Made by a program: the position numbers and the translations under genes
Part shown: positions 34,133-35,611 of the stretch, piece after piece
Position numbering within the stretch: the first letter of the stretch is position 1
Layout: every line of letters starts with the position of its first letter
From: Octopus bimaculoides
Lineage: Eukaryota
Direction: 5' to 3'
Assembly: GCF_001194135.2 (NCBI RefSeq)
Contig: NC_068981.1
Coordinates: 112,126,615 to 112,162,225 of the forward strand
DNA length: 35,611 nucleotides
The notes under the pieces: model-generated
The model's input: the letters and a program-made list of their open reading frames with translations, nothing else
Database searches by the model: none
What the model was told of the DNA's origin: nothing

Positions 34133-35326
34133 AATTTAAGACTGACTACCCCTGGGAGTTCCGCTATGCTAATGACCATGTTCTTATAGCCGAATCACTA
34201 CCAGAACTAGAGAGGAAATTTCAGGCTTGGATGTAAGGTCTAAAATCAACAGGCCTTAGAGTTAATCTACAAAAATCAAAGTCTTAGTTAGGAGGAGAGC
34301 AGGCAAATCACAAATCCCTTCAGGCAGATCAACCTGCTCGATCTGTAGGAAAGACGATACCCGGTGCAAACTATGGACACAAGAGATGCAGCAATATCAG
34401 AGGAAGGTTAACTTGGAAAATAGTTTTTGTGCATGGAAGATGCACAGGTACAACAAACACTAAAAATATAAAAAAAACGGACTCCATCAAATGCCAGGCA
34501 GATAAACTCGAGGTAGTAGATAGCTTCCGATATCTAGGTGACCAAGTCAGTATTGGAGGTGGACACTCTGAGAGTGTAGCTGTGAGAATAAGAATAGGCT
34601 AGGCACAGTTCAGAGAGCTCCTCCCTCTGCTAACAACAAAGGGCCTCTCCCTCAGGGTGAAAGGCAAACTGTATGATGCCTGTGTGCAAGTAGTTATGCT
34701 ACACGGCAGTGAAACATGGGCTGTGACAGCCAAGAATGTGTTAGCTTGAAAGAAAGGAAGCTAGCATGCTTCATTGGATGAGCAATGTCAGTGTGCATCT
34801 ATGACAGAGTGAAAGCATCTTGAGAGAAAAGTTGGGTATAAGAGGCATCAGATGTGGTGTGCAAGAGATGACTGCACTGGTATGATTATGTGATGTGTGT
34901 GGACAAAGACAGCTGTGTAAAGAAGTGCCAGTCTCTAACTGTGGAGGGAACCTGTGGAAGAGGTGGACCCAGAAAGACATGGGACAAGGTGATGAAGCAT
35001 GATCTTCAAACATTGGGCCTCGCCGAGGCAATGACTAGTGACTGAGACTTTTAGCAATATGCTGTACTTGAGAAGCCACATATTTGGCACGTAAAAAGCA
35101 TCTTTCAAGCATTGGGCCTCACAGCGGTAATGTGGCCTATGCAGGTGGCATGTAAAAACCACCTTTCAAGCATTGGGCCTCACTGTGGCAATGACAAATG
35201 ACTGAGGCCTTTGGCAATATGCTATGCTTGAGAAGAGGTCTGGTGCAGCCCCTCAGCTTGCCAGCCCTGGTCAAACCATCCAACCCTCGCCAGCATGGAC
35301 TACTGACATTAAATGATGATGATGAT
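34131..35326 (+). mobile_element. 5'-truncated RTE LINE with 3' UTR and (GAT)n tail, starting right after a (TA)16 tract (34099-34130)
   Basis: Degenerate EFKT..PWE..YANDHVL, EVVDSFRYLGD, HGSETWAV, TVEGTCGRGGPRKTW. Ends gtcaaaccatccaaccctcgccagcatggac...aaatgatgatgatgat. Confidence 0.9.
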
Positions 35327-35330
35327 TATA

Positions 35331-35611
35331 GGTGCAATAAAGACTGCAAACAAACAGGAAACAACTTCTATCTCATTCCAGGGTGAAAAACTAGAGGTAG
35401 TCGATAGCTTCCGCTATCTGGGCGACCAAGTTAGTAGTGGGGGTGGGTGCGCTGAAAGTGTAGCTGCTAGAATAAGAATAGCCTGGGCAAAGTTTAGAGA
35501 GCTCTTACCCCTGCTGGCGACAAAGGGACTCTCACTCAGAGTAAAAGGCAGACTGTATGACGCATGCGTACGAACAACCATGCTACATGGCAGTGAAACA
35601 TGGGCTGTAAC
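35331..35611 (+). mobile_element. Young RTE LINE fragment running off the window end
   Basis: Open frame GAIKTANKQETTSISFQGEKLEVVDSFRYLGDQ...RLYDACVRTTMLHGSETWAV. 228/230 nt identical to 3769-3998. Confidence 0.92.

Noticed and set aside
13290-35611. Next CARMIL exon
   Set aside because: No AG-bounded segment with the expected DF.QKL/LEDRG-like peptide found by eye; may be in a gap or beyond the window.

Overview
Eukaryotic, AT-rich, repeat-saturated genomic DNA with seven assembly gaps (679-736, 3327-3640, 19603-20360, 26397-26504, 27295-28065, 32026-32966 are the six sizeable ones I could delimit; X-runs in the ORF track come from these). The RTE LINE and tRNA-SINE families look like those of octopus/coleoid cephalopods (inference from recalled repeat sequences, not a search). 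The only host coding sequence I can support is two consecutive, phase-compatible + strand exons (11792-11867, 13201-13289) of a CARMIL/LRRC16A-like leucine-rich-repeat gene, so the window is probably mostly intron. The rest is mobile DNA: a CR1/L2-type RT fragment, about nine RTE LINE pieces in both orientations, an R4/Dong-type RLE tail, a Penelope GIY-YIG remnant, tRNA-derived SINEs, two foldback MITEs, a Tx1/L1-like ORF1 with no visible ORF2, a truncated Gypsy provirus, and a ~5.2 kb decayed pogo-like transposon carrying a nested Helitron. That transposon's apparent empty site is present in a paralogous repeat 1.4 kb upstream. I did not find a convincing new biological system. The best leads are the possible ORF1-only (HAL1-like) element, the pogo insertion with its empty site, and an unexplained duplicated AT-rich unit.
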